From a virus (taxonomy: Duplodnaviria; Caudoviricetes), in the IMG/VR virus record IMGVR_UViG_3300032319_000568, positions 15,607-79,606 of that record: a DNA stretch of 64,000 nucleotides; one strand, written 5' to 3'. Each line of letters opens with the position of its first letter. Within the stretch, counting starts at the first letter, position 1. The position numbers were made by a program, and so were the translations under genes. This document shows positions 30,416 through 38,338 of the stretch, in pieces. The notes under the pieces are model-generated. The model saw only the letters and a program-made list of their open reading frames with translations. It did no database searches and had not been told where the DNA came from.

Positions 30416-31685
30416 TTTCTTTAATATAATCTAAATTCTCTTGTGTCAATGTCGGTGAAGATCCTAAAAAGAATACATTACCCAGTACGTTCGTAGCGTT
30501 TGGATAATTCTTCCAACTTTCAAGATGTGTGTATGCTGGATGCAATAGAATATTACCAGCAAAATAGTTTCTGGTTTGAATTCCTTTGGTTTCCAAGTAA
30601 TTAACCAATTTAGACTTTTGATTAAACGATTCACAAATTACAGGTACACCAAACCAAGATACGTCCGATTTGTCATATTTTGATGGGAATTTTAATCCTT
30701 TAATCGAAGAAAGTATATTTTGAATTAGATCTTTATTCTTCTTTCTAGCTTCGTGAATACGATCTGCTTTCTTTAATTGAGCCAATCCTATTCCACCTTG
30801 CAAATCAAGTGGTTTTAGATTGTAACCAATCTGTGAGAAAAAGTACTTATGATCTATTTCATATGGAAGTTCCTTGATCCATTGGCTAAATCTACAATTA
30901 CAACTACCATTCTTCAACAAATTAGCAGGTCCAACACAAAAACAATCTCGTCCCCACCAAGCAAATGTTCTAGCTAATTTAACAATCTCTTCAATATTAG
31001 AAGACACCATACCACCTTCGCCAGTAGTAATATGATGTGCTGGATAAAAACTACAACTTGTGGCAATGGCATATTCATCCAAATGTTTACCATTCCACTT
31101 ACTACCATAACTATCACAACCATCCATAATAATTTCTAGATTGTGTGCTTTTGAAATCTCAATAAGCCTATCCATATCAGGTGGATTGCCTAATACAGGC
31201 GATACAAATATAGCTTTAGTATTTGGAGTGATCTTTTTTATTAATTCATCCAAATCAAAGTTTAATGTATTATATTCAATATCTACAAATACAGGTTTTA
31301 GACCTGCTTGAATTACTGGATTAAGTGTGGTGGGAAATCCTACTACAGAAATTAAAATTTCATCATTTGAAGTCCATTTAAAGTATTGTTTTAGTGCAGC
31401 AATCATTACCAGATTTGCTGAACTACCTGAATTTACCATTACCGAATATTTTTGATTAACAGTTTTGCTAAATTCTCTTTCAAACTGATATACCTTTTCG
31501 CCACTAACAAACCACTTACCAAATAACAGAGAATCAATTGCTTCGGTCAATTCTTCTTCGTCCATCAGTGGGCCTGAATAATATACTTTATCTTTAGCTC
31601 CTTTAAGATTATGACAATATTCAGGTATAAATTGTGTTTTTTGTACTTCTCTTATAAAATTCTTGATTAGTTCTTTTTTATTCAT
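30393..31685 (-). CDS. rfbH: CDP-4-keto-6-deoxyglucose-3-dehydrase-like (DegT family, RfbH/DdhC)
   Basis: VNSGSSANL, SFYPAHHITTGEGG (His in place of Lys), WGRDCFC, DHKY..GYNLK, TR.YFAGN; start MNKKEL at 31685. Confidence 0.88.
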   Translation of the reverse strand: MNKKELIKNFIREVQKTQFIPEYCHNLKGAKDKVYYSGPLMDEEELTEAIDSLLFGKWFVSGEKVYQFEREFSKTVNQKYSVMVNSGSSANLVMIAALKQYFKWTSNDEILISVVGFPTTLNPVIQAGLKPVFVDIEYNTLNFDLDELIKKITPNTKAIFVSPVLGNPPDMDRLIEISKAHNLEIIMDGCDSYGSKWNGKHLDEYAIATSCSFYPAHHITTGEGGMVSSNIEEIVKLARTFAWWGRDCFCVGPANLLKNGSCNCRFSQWIKELPYEIDHKYFFSQIGYNLKPLDLQGGIGLAQLKKADRIHEARKKNKDLIQNILSSIKGLKFPSKYDKSDVSWFGVPVICESFNQKSKLVNYLETKGIQTRNYFAGNILLHPAYTHLESWKNYPNATNVLGNVFFLGSSPTLTQENLDYIKEIVEKYEN

Positions 31686-32520
31686 ATTTCTGTAAATAAC
31701 ATTTATACTCTGAGTTTGGCAATTTATCAACAACTTTTTTAAGTTGTGTTTTATTGATTAACCCTTTATTGTAACATTCTTCTTCAATACATCCAATTCT
31801 TATGCCTTGTCTTTCTTGGATCGTTTTAACATATGCTGCACTTTGAAACAATGTGTCTGGTTGACCAGCATCTAACCAGGCAGTACCTCTTGGGAATTTA
31901 ATTACGTCTATACCACCATCATTTAGATAAGCGTTCATGACATCCACAATTTCTAGTTCACCACGACTGGATGGTTTGAGAGATTTACTAAATTTAATCA
32001 CTCGATTATCAAAGAAATATAAACCTGGAATAGCAAATTTACTTTTAGGATGTTTTGGCTTTTCTTCTATACTAATAACTTTGTTGTTTTCGTCAAATTC
32101 TACGACTGCATAATCATGTGGATTGTTAACTTCATAAGCAAAAACTAAAGCTCCATTGAAATTTGTTTTGACTCTATTCATACCATGAAAAATATTATCA
32201 CCGAGAATAAGCGATACATTATCATTTTTAATAAAGTCTTCGGCTATAATGAAGGATTCAGCAATACCACTTGGTTTGTATTGTATTTTATAAGTTATTT
32301 CTAATCCTAAATGATTTCCATTGCCAAATAACTTTTCATACATAGGCAAATAATCAGGTGTAGAAATAATGCAAATTTCACGTATACCACATGATATTAT
32401 CGTGCTTAATGGATAATAAATCATTGGTTTATCATAAACAGGCAATAGCTGCTTATTAACAGTTGTGGTTAATGGATATAGTCTGCTACCAGTGCCTCCT
32501 GACAATATAATACCTTTCAT
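31678..32520 (-). CDS. rmlA: glucose-1-phosphate thymidylyltransferase
   Basis: GIILSGGTGSRLYPLT..KQLLPVYDKPMIYYPL, LILGDNIF, EEKP, SSRGELEI, AWLDAG. Confidence 0.96.
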   Translation of the reverse strand: MKGIILSGGTGSRLYPLTTTVNKQLLPVYDKPMIYYPLSTIISCGIREICIISTPDYLPMYEKLFGNGNHLGLEITYKIQYKPSGIAESFIIAEDFIKNDNVSLILGDNIFHGMNRVKTNFNGALVFAYEVNNPHDYAVVEFDENNKVISIEEKPKHPKSKFAIPGLYFFDNRVIKFSKSLKPSSRGELEIVDVMNAYLNDGGIDVIKFPRGTAWLDAGQPDTLFQSAAYVKTIQERQGIRIGCIEEECYNKGLINKTQLKKVVDKLPNSEYKCYLQKYE

Positions 32521-32563
32521 CCAAAATATATATTTTTTATTTCAGTAATTTAATTTTTTTATC

Positions 32564-32592
32564 TTGACTTATTAAAATATAGAAAGTATAAT
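32564..32592 (+). promoter_or_regulatory. sigma70-type promoter
   Basis: TTGACT-17nt-TATAAT at the switch from minus- to plus-strand gene blocks. Confidence 0.7.
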
Positions 32593-32693
32593 GCTTTTAT
32601 AGTAAGCGCTTAGTTGCTTGATATGCTTAATACTAATTAATTAAATATAAATTATAATATATGCTTAATATAAGCTAAAAAATAGTTACTAAT

Positions 32694-33278
32694 ATGGGAA
32701 TGTATGATGACATAATTTGCAAATATCCGCTTCCACTGCCTCAAGATACTAAAGGATATATTCCTAATGGGTTTCAAACCAAGGATTTGGATAATGATTT
32801 AGATTGTTATGAAATTCGTGAAGATGGCACACTATGGTTGCGTGAATGTGAACGAGAATATACAGAAGGCGATCCAAACGGTAAAACATTGTTTGAAAAG
32901 TTTGGAATGGTAAAAGAAACCAAAGTTTGGTGGACACATGTAAAAACAACTAGCACCATACACATGTATGATTATAACAATTACAGTGATGGACCATATG
33001 ACTATTGGGTTGAATTTGAAATTGTATTTATTGACGGAGTTATTGACAAGATTAAACTAATTAAGTTTGACGCAATGGATAATACTGAAAGAAAAGAACT
33101 CCACAAACATCATATTGAAGAACTTAAAAAGAACAAAGAGTTTGAATCTACCAATCTTTATAAATTAATCATCAAACCATATAATAAGGTTATACGATTT
33201 ATCTGTAGATTTATATATAGTTTTGGTTCATTTTTGATTGCTAGTGTTTGGAAATTAGAACGTAAACTAATTGTATGA
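32694..33278 (+). CDS. hypothetical phage protein
   Basis: MGMYDDI..FQTKDLD..Y.I..DG.L, F..YDY..W.EF...F.DG. Confidence 0.7.
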   Translation: MGMYDDIICKYPLPLPQDTKGYIPNGFQTKDLDNDLDCYEIREDGTLWLRECEREYTEGDPNGKTLFEKFGMVKETKVWWTHVKTTSTIHMYDYNNYSDGPYDYWVEFEIVFIDGVIDKIKLIKFDAMDNTERKELHKHHIEELKKNKEFESTNLYKLIIKPYNKVIRFICRFIYSFGSFLIASVWKLERKLIV

Positions 33279-33517
33279 AAGAAGATTCTGTATTTTTAAT
33301 GTGCGATTGTCATTCCCACGCTCTTTATATTGAAAAATTTAAAGATGAAGAGGAAATCTGCATCAGTTTATTTGAACTAGGTTATAATGGCAAAAGAATG
33401 ACTTGGTTTGAAAGATTAAAATGGTGTTACCGCATATTAAGATATGGACATCCGTGGACAGACAGTGTTATTCTAAATATAGAAAACCAAAAACAATTAA
33501 AAGAATTTTTAGAATGA
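33275..33517 (+). CDS. hypothetical protein
   Basis: 80 aa, CDCHSH motif, ATGA overlaps. Confidence 0.65.
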   Translation: MKEDSVFLMCDCHSHALYIEKFKDEEEICISLFELGYNGKRMTWFERLKWCYRILRYGHPWTDSVILNIENQKQLKEFLE

Positions 33518-33780
33518 AATTTAAGAATTTTGAAGGAATAGAATATACAGTGAATTATAACAAACCACATCCTAGGTTAAGAGCTTCTGGTTTATGTGAT
33601 AATCCTGATATAAAAAATCCCGAAATACTTGTTGATCCCACGTTAAAAACTCGTAGACAACTCAATGTGTTAATTGAAGAAGTATTTCATGCACATTTGT
33701 ACGATTTACCAGAAAAGAAAGCACGAAAATTTGCTGCTAATCTTGGCAAATTAATCTATAGCCGATTTATAAAAAAATGA
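33514..33780 (+). CDS. hypothetical protein (metallopeptidase-like EExxH)
   Basis: start MKFKNFEG at 33514; GLCD.P, LIEEVFHAH. Confidence 0.6.
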   Translation: MKFKNFEGIEYTVNYNKPHPRLRASGLCDNPDIKNPEILVDPTLKTRRQLNVLIEEVFHAHLYDLPEKKARKFAANLGKLIYSRFIKK

Positions 33781-33941
33781 ATAAATTATATAAAGTTATA
33801 GACTTGATAATCGGATTACTATTTGGTAGTATATTTGCAATAGGACTATTGTTAGTACTCACAATATCCTTTGTGGTACTAATTCCATTTATGTTTTATT
33901 TCACAGTAAGAGAAGTACTAAAACAATTAACAAAAAAATAA
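33777..33941 (+). CDS. small membrane protein (54 aa, not in ORF track)
   Basis: MNKLYKVIDLIIGLLFGSIFAIGLLLVLTISFVVLIPF.. hydrophobic; ATGA overlap. Confidence 0.55.
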   Translation: MNKLYKVIDLIIGLLFGSIFAIGLLLVLTISFVVLIPFMFYFTVREVLKQLTKK

Positions 33942-33942
33942 T

Positions 33943-34464
33943 ATGAACAAAATAAGCGAAAACATCATAGTTACATACGCGAAAGCATTGCGTAGAATTC
34001 AAACAGAACAAATCGATCCATACATTGATCTAATTGAAAAAGAACTAATTAAACTTTATCCTGAGTTGAAAGATCGTGAAGATAATGCTTTGAATTGGTC
34101 ATATGACATTCTTAATGCCGAATCTAATACTGAAGTAGTGGAAACTCTAACCAGATTAGAAAAGATTATTACTGATGAACGAAAAGAAAAGTGGGTATGC
34201 GGTTATTGTGGTAAAAACACTTTTGATGATGATATCGATTATCTTTTTGGCACAAATCATATTGGATGTGCATTAGAAGAAGATATTAAGAATCGAGAAC
34301 ATTCAGATCCAGACTACATTTTAGATTCAAACCTCAGAAAAATCAACGAACTTGAAAACGAACTACGACATACTAAACGGGATCTTGTTAATCTGGAGCT
34401 AAAATTTGAACGGCTACGAGTAGTCTACTCACAAGTCGGTTATCCACACGAACCAACTAACTAA
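33943..34464 (+). CDS. hypothetical protein with zinc-finger and coiled coil
   Basis: CGYCG..HIGC; C-terminal heptads. Confidence 0.65.
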   Translation: MNKISENIIVTYAKALRRIQTEQIDPYIDLIEKELIKLYPELKDREDNALNWSYDILNAESNTEVVETLTRLEKIITDERKEKWVCGYCGKNTFDDDIDYLFGTNHIGCALEEDIKNREHSDPDYILDSNLRKINELENELRHTKRDLVNLELKFERLRVVYSQVGYPHEPTN

Positions 34465-34470
34465 AACATC

Positions 34471-34497
34471 AAGCGTACCAAGTGGTACGCTTTTTTT
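34471..34497 (+). terminator. intrinsic terminator
   Basis: AGCGTACCA-AG-TGGTACGCT stem followed by T-tract. Confidence 0.85.
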
Positions 34498-34498
34498 A

Positions 34499-34527
34499 TT
34501 GACATCCACCAAATCGTCGTGTATACT
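34499..34527 (+). promoter_or_regulatory. sigma70-type promoter
   Basis: TTGACA-17nt-TATACT. Confidence 0.75.
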
Positions 34528-34535
34528 TTTTATAT

Positions 34536-34788
34536 ATGATTAAATGTGGATGTGGCAATGAAATTCATTCTGAACGATACGAACTTGGTTACAAGATTTG
34601 TTTATCATGTGGTGACAAATCTGTTAAACGTAGTCAAAAGTTTGGATATTTACATTTTGTGACACAAAACAGCCGGTAGCATTGTGATTACTTCAAAGAA
34701 AGCATTTGACAATTATACTAAAGTTTCATACCACAAAGGAAAAGCTAGTAACATGGCATATGCCAGTCGTTTGAGCACTTCTTTTTAA
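34536..34788 (+). pseudogene. zinc-finger protein gene with apparent +1 frameshift near 34659
   Basis: MIKCGCG..CLSCG..GYLHF continues in next frame as (G)HKTAGSIVITSK..; span is 84 codons +1 nt. Confidence 0.6.
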
Positions 34789-34800
34789 TATTTATATAAC

Positions 34801-35052
34801 ATGACTGCATCATTCTATAAGACAGTATATCAACGTAAATTCAAAGAAATGCCACGTTGGAAACAGTTGGCAATTGTAGAGGATAGTACCCGCAATAATT
34901 GGAGTGGTCTACTTACAGATTTTGTTAAAGCTGTAATCGAAGAAGCTGAAAAAGAGTATGCTAACTCCAAATCAACAGTTGCAAACACTCCAAATAAATA
35001 CGTGTCCGAAACTGATAATAAGTCCAAAAAGATAATCAAGAAAAAGAATTGA
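34801..35052 (+). CDS. hypothetical protein
   Basis: 83 aa; ATATTTATA upstream. Confidence 0.6.
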   Translation: MTASFYKTVYQRKFKEMPRWKQLAIVEDSTRNNWSGLLTDFVKAVIEEAEKEYANSKSTVANTPNKYVSETDNKSKKIIKKKN

Positions 35053-35077
35053 CTTATTATAAAGTTCGTGGTATAGT
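35049..35077 (+). promoter_or_regulatory. sigma70-type promoter
   Basis: TTGACT-17nt-TATAGT upstream of TrmH-like gene. Confidence 0.7.
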
Positions 35078-35086
35078 AAGCTTACT

Positions 35087-35629
35087 ATGAATGTTTTGGA
35101 TCATTTGAAGAACAGTACTGTGGACGATATTAAGTCCTATTGTAAAAACAACTGTATTGATGCTAGCGTTGCTATGATGCACGTTAATCGAGATTTTAAC
35201 CTGGCTACACTGGTACGCAATGCCAACTTCTTTGGCTTCAAGGAAGCAATGTATGTAGGTGGTAGCAAACAGTGGGATCGACGTGGTACTGTTGGTACAC
35301 ATCATTATACAGATTTAAATCACATCAAGACAGAACAAGACTTTGTTAAGTACATTAAAGATAACGGTTATACACTATTAGCAGTGGAAAATAATATCCC
35401 CAAGTATTATGATAAGACAGTTTCTATTTTTAATCAGTGGGTATTCTGTGGTATAACCAAACCAATGTTTGTATTTGGCGAAGAAAAGAGTGGATTGAGT
35501 GATTATATTCTTGACAACGCTGAAACTGTCATCACTATTCCAGAATTTGGAAGTGTTCGTTCGCTTAATGTGGGTACCACTAGCGGAATCATTATGTCAT
35601 TTTATCGCAACTATATCGATAACAACTAA
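35087..35629 (+). CDS. trmH: SpoU/TrmH-family RNA 2'-O-methyltransferase
   Basis: NLATLVRNANFFG, FVFGEEKSGL, ITIP.FGSVRSLNVGTTSGI (SPOUT knot motifs). Confidence 0.88.
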   Translation: MNVLDHLKNSTVDDIKSYCKNNCIDASVAMMHVNRDFNLATLVRNANFFGFKEAMYVGGSKQWDRRGTVGTHHYTDLNHIKTEQDFVKYIKDNGYTLLAVENNIPKYYDKTVSIFNQWVFCGITKPMFVFGEEKSGLSDYILDNAETVITIPEFGSVRSLNVGTTSGIIMSFYRNYIDNN

Positions 35630-35642
35630 AATAATAAATAAT

Positions 35643-35855
35643 ATGAGTACAAAGTATGTAATGAAGAAAAACAATAAGATTGGTTATACAAAAGACATGG
35701 GATCCACTGCATATGCACATGATTTCGATGGTCGTCCCTGTGGATACTACATGCGAAGTAGCAATACCACTTTTGATAAGAATGGTCGTGTTTATGGCAG
35801 TGGAAATCTGACTGAAGCTCTGGTGTATGAAGAAGCTGCAAAAAATGGTCGATAA
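35643..35855 (+). CDS. small hypothetical protein
   Basis: start MSTKYVMK at 35643. Confidence 0.55.
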   Translation: MSTKYVMKKNNKIGYTKDMGSTAYAHDFDGRPCGYYMRSSNTTFDKNGRVYGSGNLTEALVYEEAAKNGR

Positions 35856-35861
35856 AAAGAT

Positions 35862-35889
35862 TTGACATTTTCTAAAACCGTGGTAAGAT
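35862..35889 (+). promoter_or_regulatory. sigma70-type promoter (GGTAAGATA class)
   Basis: TTGACA-16nt-TAAGAT with TG extension. Confidence 0.75.
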
Positions 35890-35928
35890 AAATTTGTAGT
35901 CGGTTAACATTAACAAAAATTAAAAAAT

Positions 35929-36198
35929 ATGAACAAGACAGGCCGTAAGGCAACCGCAGTAAACGAAATCACAGATCGCAATTTTACTATTGTTGATCTA
36001 GCTAACATCAACTCCACCGTTAAAACGCCGACAATTCGGATGCATATTAAACGAAGTGTGACTGCTGGACGATATAAGATCTCCGGATCACAGAAGACTG
36101 GTAAGCGTGGTAAGCCAAGTATTGTGTATACATACAATTCAACTCCCACTGTTACCGCAACCAACACCGTTGAATCTACTCAGACTTCTACAAATTAA
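35929..36198 (+). CDS. small basic putative DNA-binding protein
   Basis: 89 aa, GKRGKPSIVY wing-like motif. Confidence 0.6.
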   Translation: MNKTGRKATAVNEITDRNFTIVDLANINSTVKTPTIRMHIKRSVTAGRYKISGSQKTGKRGKPSIVYTYNSTPTVTATNTVESTQTSTN

Positions 36199-36399
36199 AC
36201 AGCACAAAGATTGGGGATTGATAAAAAAGCTTGTTAATCCCTTTTTCTACCACTATTTATTTTTAAAAGTAGTATATGGGAAAGTCATTCAAAGATCGGC
36301 GTACACGCAGCGAAGGAAATTGTCGCAACAAATCAACCAAAAAGGTTAACAAAAAGTGGCAAAACACTGAGGTTAAACCATCACGGTTCAATTCAAAAT

Positions 36400-36582
36400 A
36401 TGAAGACGAAGACAACGCAAACAGTTATTAATAATCTCAAATCAAAAATCACAGATCGAAAACTACAACTAACAGATCTATACGCGGAATATTACTATAA
36501 AGCTGCTATCAAACAAACAGTAGACGAAAAGATTGGCGTTGAACCAAATCGTGATCTACTACACTACGTCGAAAAAAATTAA
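36400..36582 (+). CDS. hypothetical protein
   Basis: 60-aa ORF. Confidence 0.5.
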   Translation: MKTKTTQTVINNLKSKITDRKLQLTDLYAEYYYKAAIKQTVDEKIGVEPNRDLLHYVEKN

Positions 36583-36606
36583 ATTAAACATTTAAATAAA
36601 AGTTAT

Positions 36607-36894
36607 ATGAAAGACACTACACTCAAGCAGTTGGTACGTGACCGCAATGGTCAACCCCGTGGTATGGTTGTTGCCACAGTAATTGATAATACTATCCGAT
36701 TCGGTTGGAGTCATACCAATACAAAAGCGGGTGATCGATTTGATAAATGCAAAGCACTCACTATTGCTCTAGGTCGAGCTGAAAATGGTTGGGGTCCAAA
36801 AACAATTGTGCCTGTATCTACAGCCAAGATTCTAAATAAGATGATTGATCGATCCGTTCGTTATTACAAGAACGTTCCAGTCTACGGTATTTAA
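36607..36894 (+). CDS. hypothetical phage protein
   Basis: FGWS..N.KAGDRFDK..ALTIALGRA. Confidence 0.65.
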   Translation: MKDTTLKQLVRDRNGQPRGMVVATVIDNTIRFGWSHTNTKAGDRFDKCKALTIALGRAENGWGPKTIVPVSTAKILNKMIDRSVRYYKNVPVYGI

Positions 36895-36911
36895 TTCAAA
36901 TATTTATAAAC

Positions 36912-37244
36912 GTGGACAAATATATTACCGACAATTTTACTGGGTCAATTGACGATCTATTAAATCATTGTTCTAATCTAGATACTTCAAAAGTTGAAGA
37001 ACAAGTCAACACCGAAGAAAAAGAAGCCTGTATTCAAATAATCATGAAAGAACTTGAATGTAATGAAACCGAAGCAGAAGTTATCTATAACGACCTCGTG
37101 GCGGCCGAAGTTAAAGAAACAGTTGACAAGATGGTAACAGAAGGTCTACTATATGTATCTGGTCACAACGAAGACGGTGAACCACTGTTTCAGCTAACTG
37201 AACTTGGTAAAGATGTTCGTAACAAACTGGGTGACGGTAAGTAA
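36912..37244 (+). CDS. hypothetical protein (winged-helix-like C-terminus)
   Basis: GTG start after ATATTTATA; FQLTELGK. Confidence 0.6.
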   Translation: MDKYITDNFTGSIDDLLNHCSNLDTSKVEEQVNTEEKEACIQIIMKELECNETEAEVIYNDLVAAEVKETVDKMVTEGLLYVSGHNEDGEPLFQLTELGKDVRNKLGDGK

Positions 37245-37263
37245 GTAAAAACTATATTATAAC

Positions 37264-37344
37264 GCTCCGGTAATGGCGGGGACTTCTAAGCCCTAAGTGC
37301 ATAATTGGATGAAAATGGGGGTTCAACTCCCTCCCGGAGCGCCA
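37264..37344 (+). tRNA. trnR: atypical tRNA-Arg(UCU) lacking a D-arm
   Basis: acceptor GCTCCGG/CCGGAGC, G73-CCA, loop CTTCTAA, T-arm GGGGG-TTCAACT-CCCTC; only 7 nt between acceptor and anticodon stems. Confidence 0.65.
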
Positions 37345-37405
37345 TTTTTGATCATATTCATAAATTTGTATATATTTATATGTTCAAACTTCTATTAAAA
37401 AGAAG

Positions 37406-37433
37406 TTGATTCTTTGAAAATTTGCGGTAAGAT
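37406..37433 (+). promoter_or_regulatory. sigma70-type promoter (GGTAAGATA class)
   Basis: TTGATT-16nt-TAAGAT. Confidence 0.65.
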
Positions 37434-37453
37434 AAAGAAGTAATAAGTATTTC

Positions 37454-37545
37454 GTTCTTTCAGCATGGTGGGAGAAGCACTCCTCTGGAACATCTACGAA
37501 TGGCGGAACTGCCTCGGCCTTTAACCGAAGGGGGTCACCAACGAA
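37454..37545 (+). ncRNA. unassigned ~90-nt structured RNA
   Basis: closing TTCTTTC/GAAAGAA and TGGTG/CACCA helices enclosing two hairpins; between two promoters. Confidence 0.4.
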
Positions 37546-37560
37546 AGAATGAAATGATAG

Positions 37561-37588
37561 TTGACAACAAAAGAATGTGTGGTAAGAT
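37561..37588 (+). promoter_or_regulatory. sigma70-type promoter (GGTAAGATA class) for tRNA array
   Basis: TTGACA-16nt-TAAGAT. Confidence 0.8.
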
Positions 37589-37600
37589 AAAAAAGTAGTA

Positions 37601-37613
37601 AGTTCTTTAACAA
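37601..37613 (+). promoter_or_regulatory. boxA-like antitermination element (further copies at 38057, 38241, 38441, 39238, 39737, 39918)
   Basis: AGTTCTTTAACAA versus rrn boxA TGCTCTTTAACAA. Confidence 0.65.
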
Positions 37614-37622
37614 ATTTTTAAT

Positions 37623-37699
37623 GGCCTTGTAGCTCAGTTGGTAGTAGCAGAAGCCTTTTAAGCTTTTGGTCGTGGGTTCGAGTCCCACCGGGGCCACCA
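37623..37699 (+). tRNA. trnK: tRNA-Lys(UUU)
   Basis: cloverleaf, GAAGC-CTTTTAA-GCTTT, TTCGAGT, encoded CCA. Confidence 0.93.
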
Positions 37700-37706
37700 T
37701 TTTAAC

Positions 37707-37781
37707 GGTCTGTTCGTCTATCGGCTAGGACTCCGGATTTTCACTCCGGTAAGAGGGGTTCGATTCCCCTACAGACTACCA
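37707..37781 (+). tRNA. trnE: tRNA-Glu(UUC)
   Basis: cloverleaf, CCGGA-TTTTCAC-TCCGG, TTCGATT, CCA. Confidence 0.93.
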
Positions 37782-38056
37782 CTTTGTACGTACAAACATA
37801 TGTGAGTGTAGGACACTTTAAATAAGGCAAAACATATTAAGCGCATGTGTTTAATATAAAGTAGCAGCATATGAAATTTTATGTTTGGTTGTTTAACTAG
37901 GAAAAACAACTTGGTGGAGGGCGTTAAACCATAACACCCCTAGAGTATGGAAGATCTCTTAAAAAACTTCTTGGTTGCGGGCTTAGCAAGTGGTATACTT
38001 TGTTTGTTGGGTGGATAGAGTATTCAATAAAACACACCCAACTAGATTTTTAAGAT
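37782..38056 (+). ncRNA. unassigned ~270-nt structured RNA between tRNAs
   Basis: no ORF; multiple hairpins (GTTGTTT/AAACAAC, GGGCGTTA/TAACACCC, GTTGGGTG/CACCCAAC). Confidence 0.45.
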
Positions 38057-38070
38057 AGTTCTTTAAAATT

Positions 38071-38157
38071 TGCGGAGTGTGAGAAGTCAGGTATCTCAAC
38101 GGTTTCATAATCCGTCGCCTATGTGCCTCGCAGGTTCAAATCCTGCCTCCGCTACCA
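38071..38157 (+). tRNA. trnM: tRNA-Met(CAU), initiator-like, extended variable region
   Basis: U1:U72 mismatch, loop TTCATAA, T-arm GCAGG-TTCAAAT-CCTGC, CCA; 87 nt. Confidence 0.8.
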
Positions 38158-38164
38158 TTTCAAT

Positions 38165-38236
38165 GGCTGGGGCTTCAGCAAGCGAGATTCTTTCATACGG
38201 AATCTTTAATGAGGGCAGCACTCATACCAGCTACCA
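38165..38236 (+). tRNA. atypical CAU-anticodon tRNA
   Basis: 7-bp anticodon stem with loop TTCATAC, 4-nt D-loop, T-loop GGCAGCA, CCA. Confidence 0.6.
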
Positions 38237-38260
38237 TTTTAGTTCTTTAACAAAACAATT

Positions 38261-38332
38261 TGCAGATTGGTGTAATGGCAACACAATACGCTCATAACGT
38301 ATAGTTCACGTTCAAGTCGTGGTCTGCTCCCA
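38261..38332 (+). tRNA. trnM: tRNA-Met(CAU)
   Basis: ATACG-CTCATAA-CGTAT, TTCAAGT, U1:U72 mismatch, C73-CCA. Confidence 0.8.
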
Positions 38333-38338
38333 TTTAGT

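Noticed and set aside
37264-37344. Reading the D-armless tRNA as an amber suppressor (loop TT-CTA-AG)
   Set aside because: That register destroys the anticodon stem; CTTCTAA (UCU) gives four pairs and matches Arg tRNAs, as does G73
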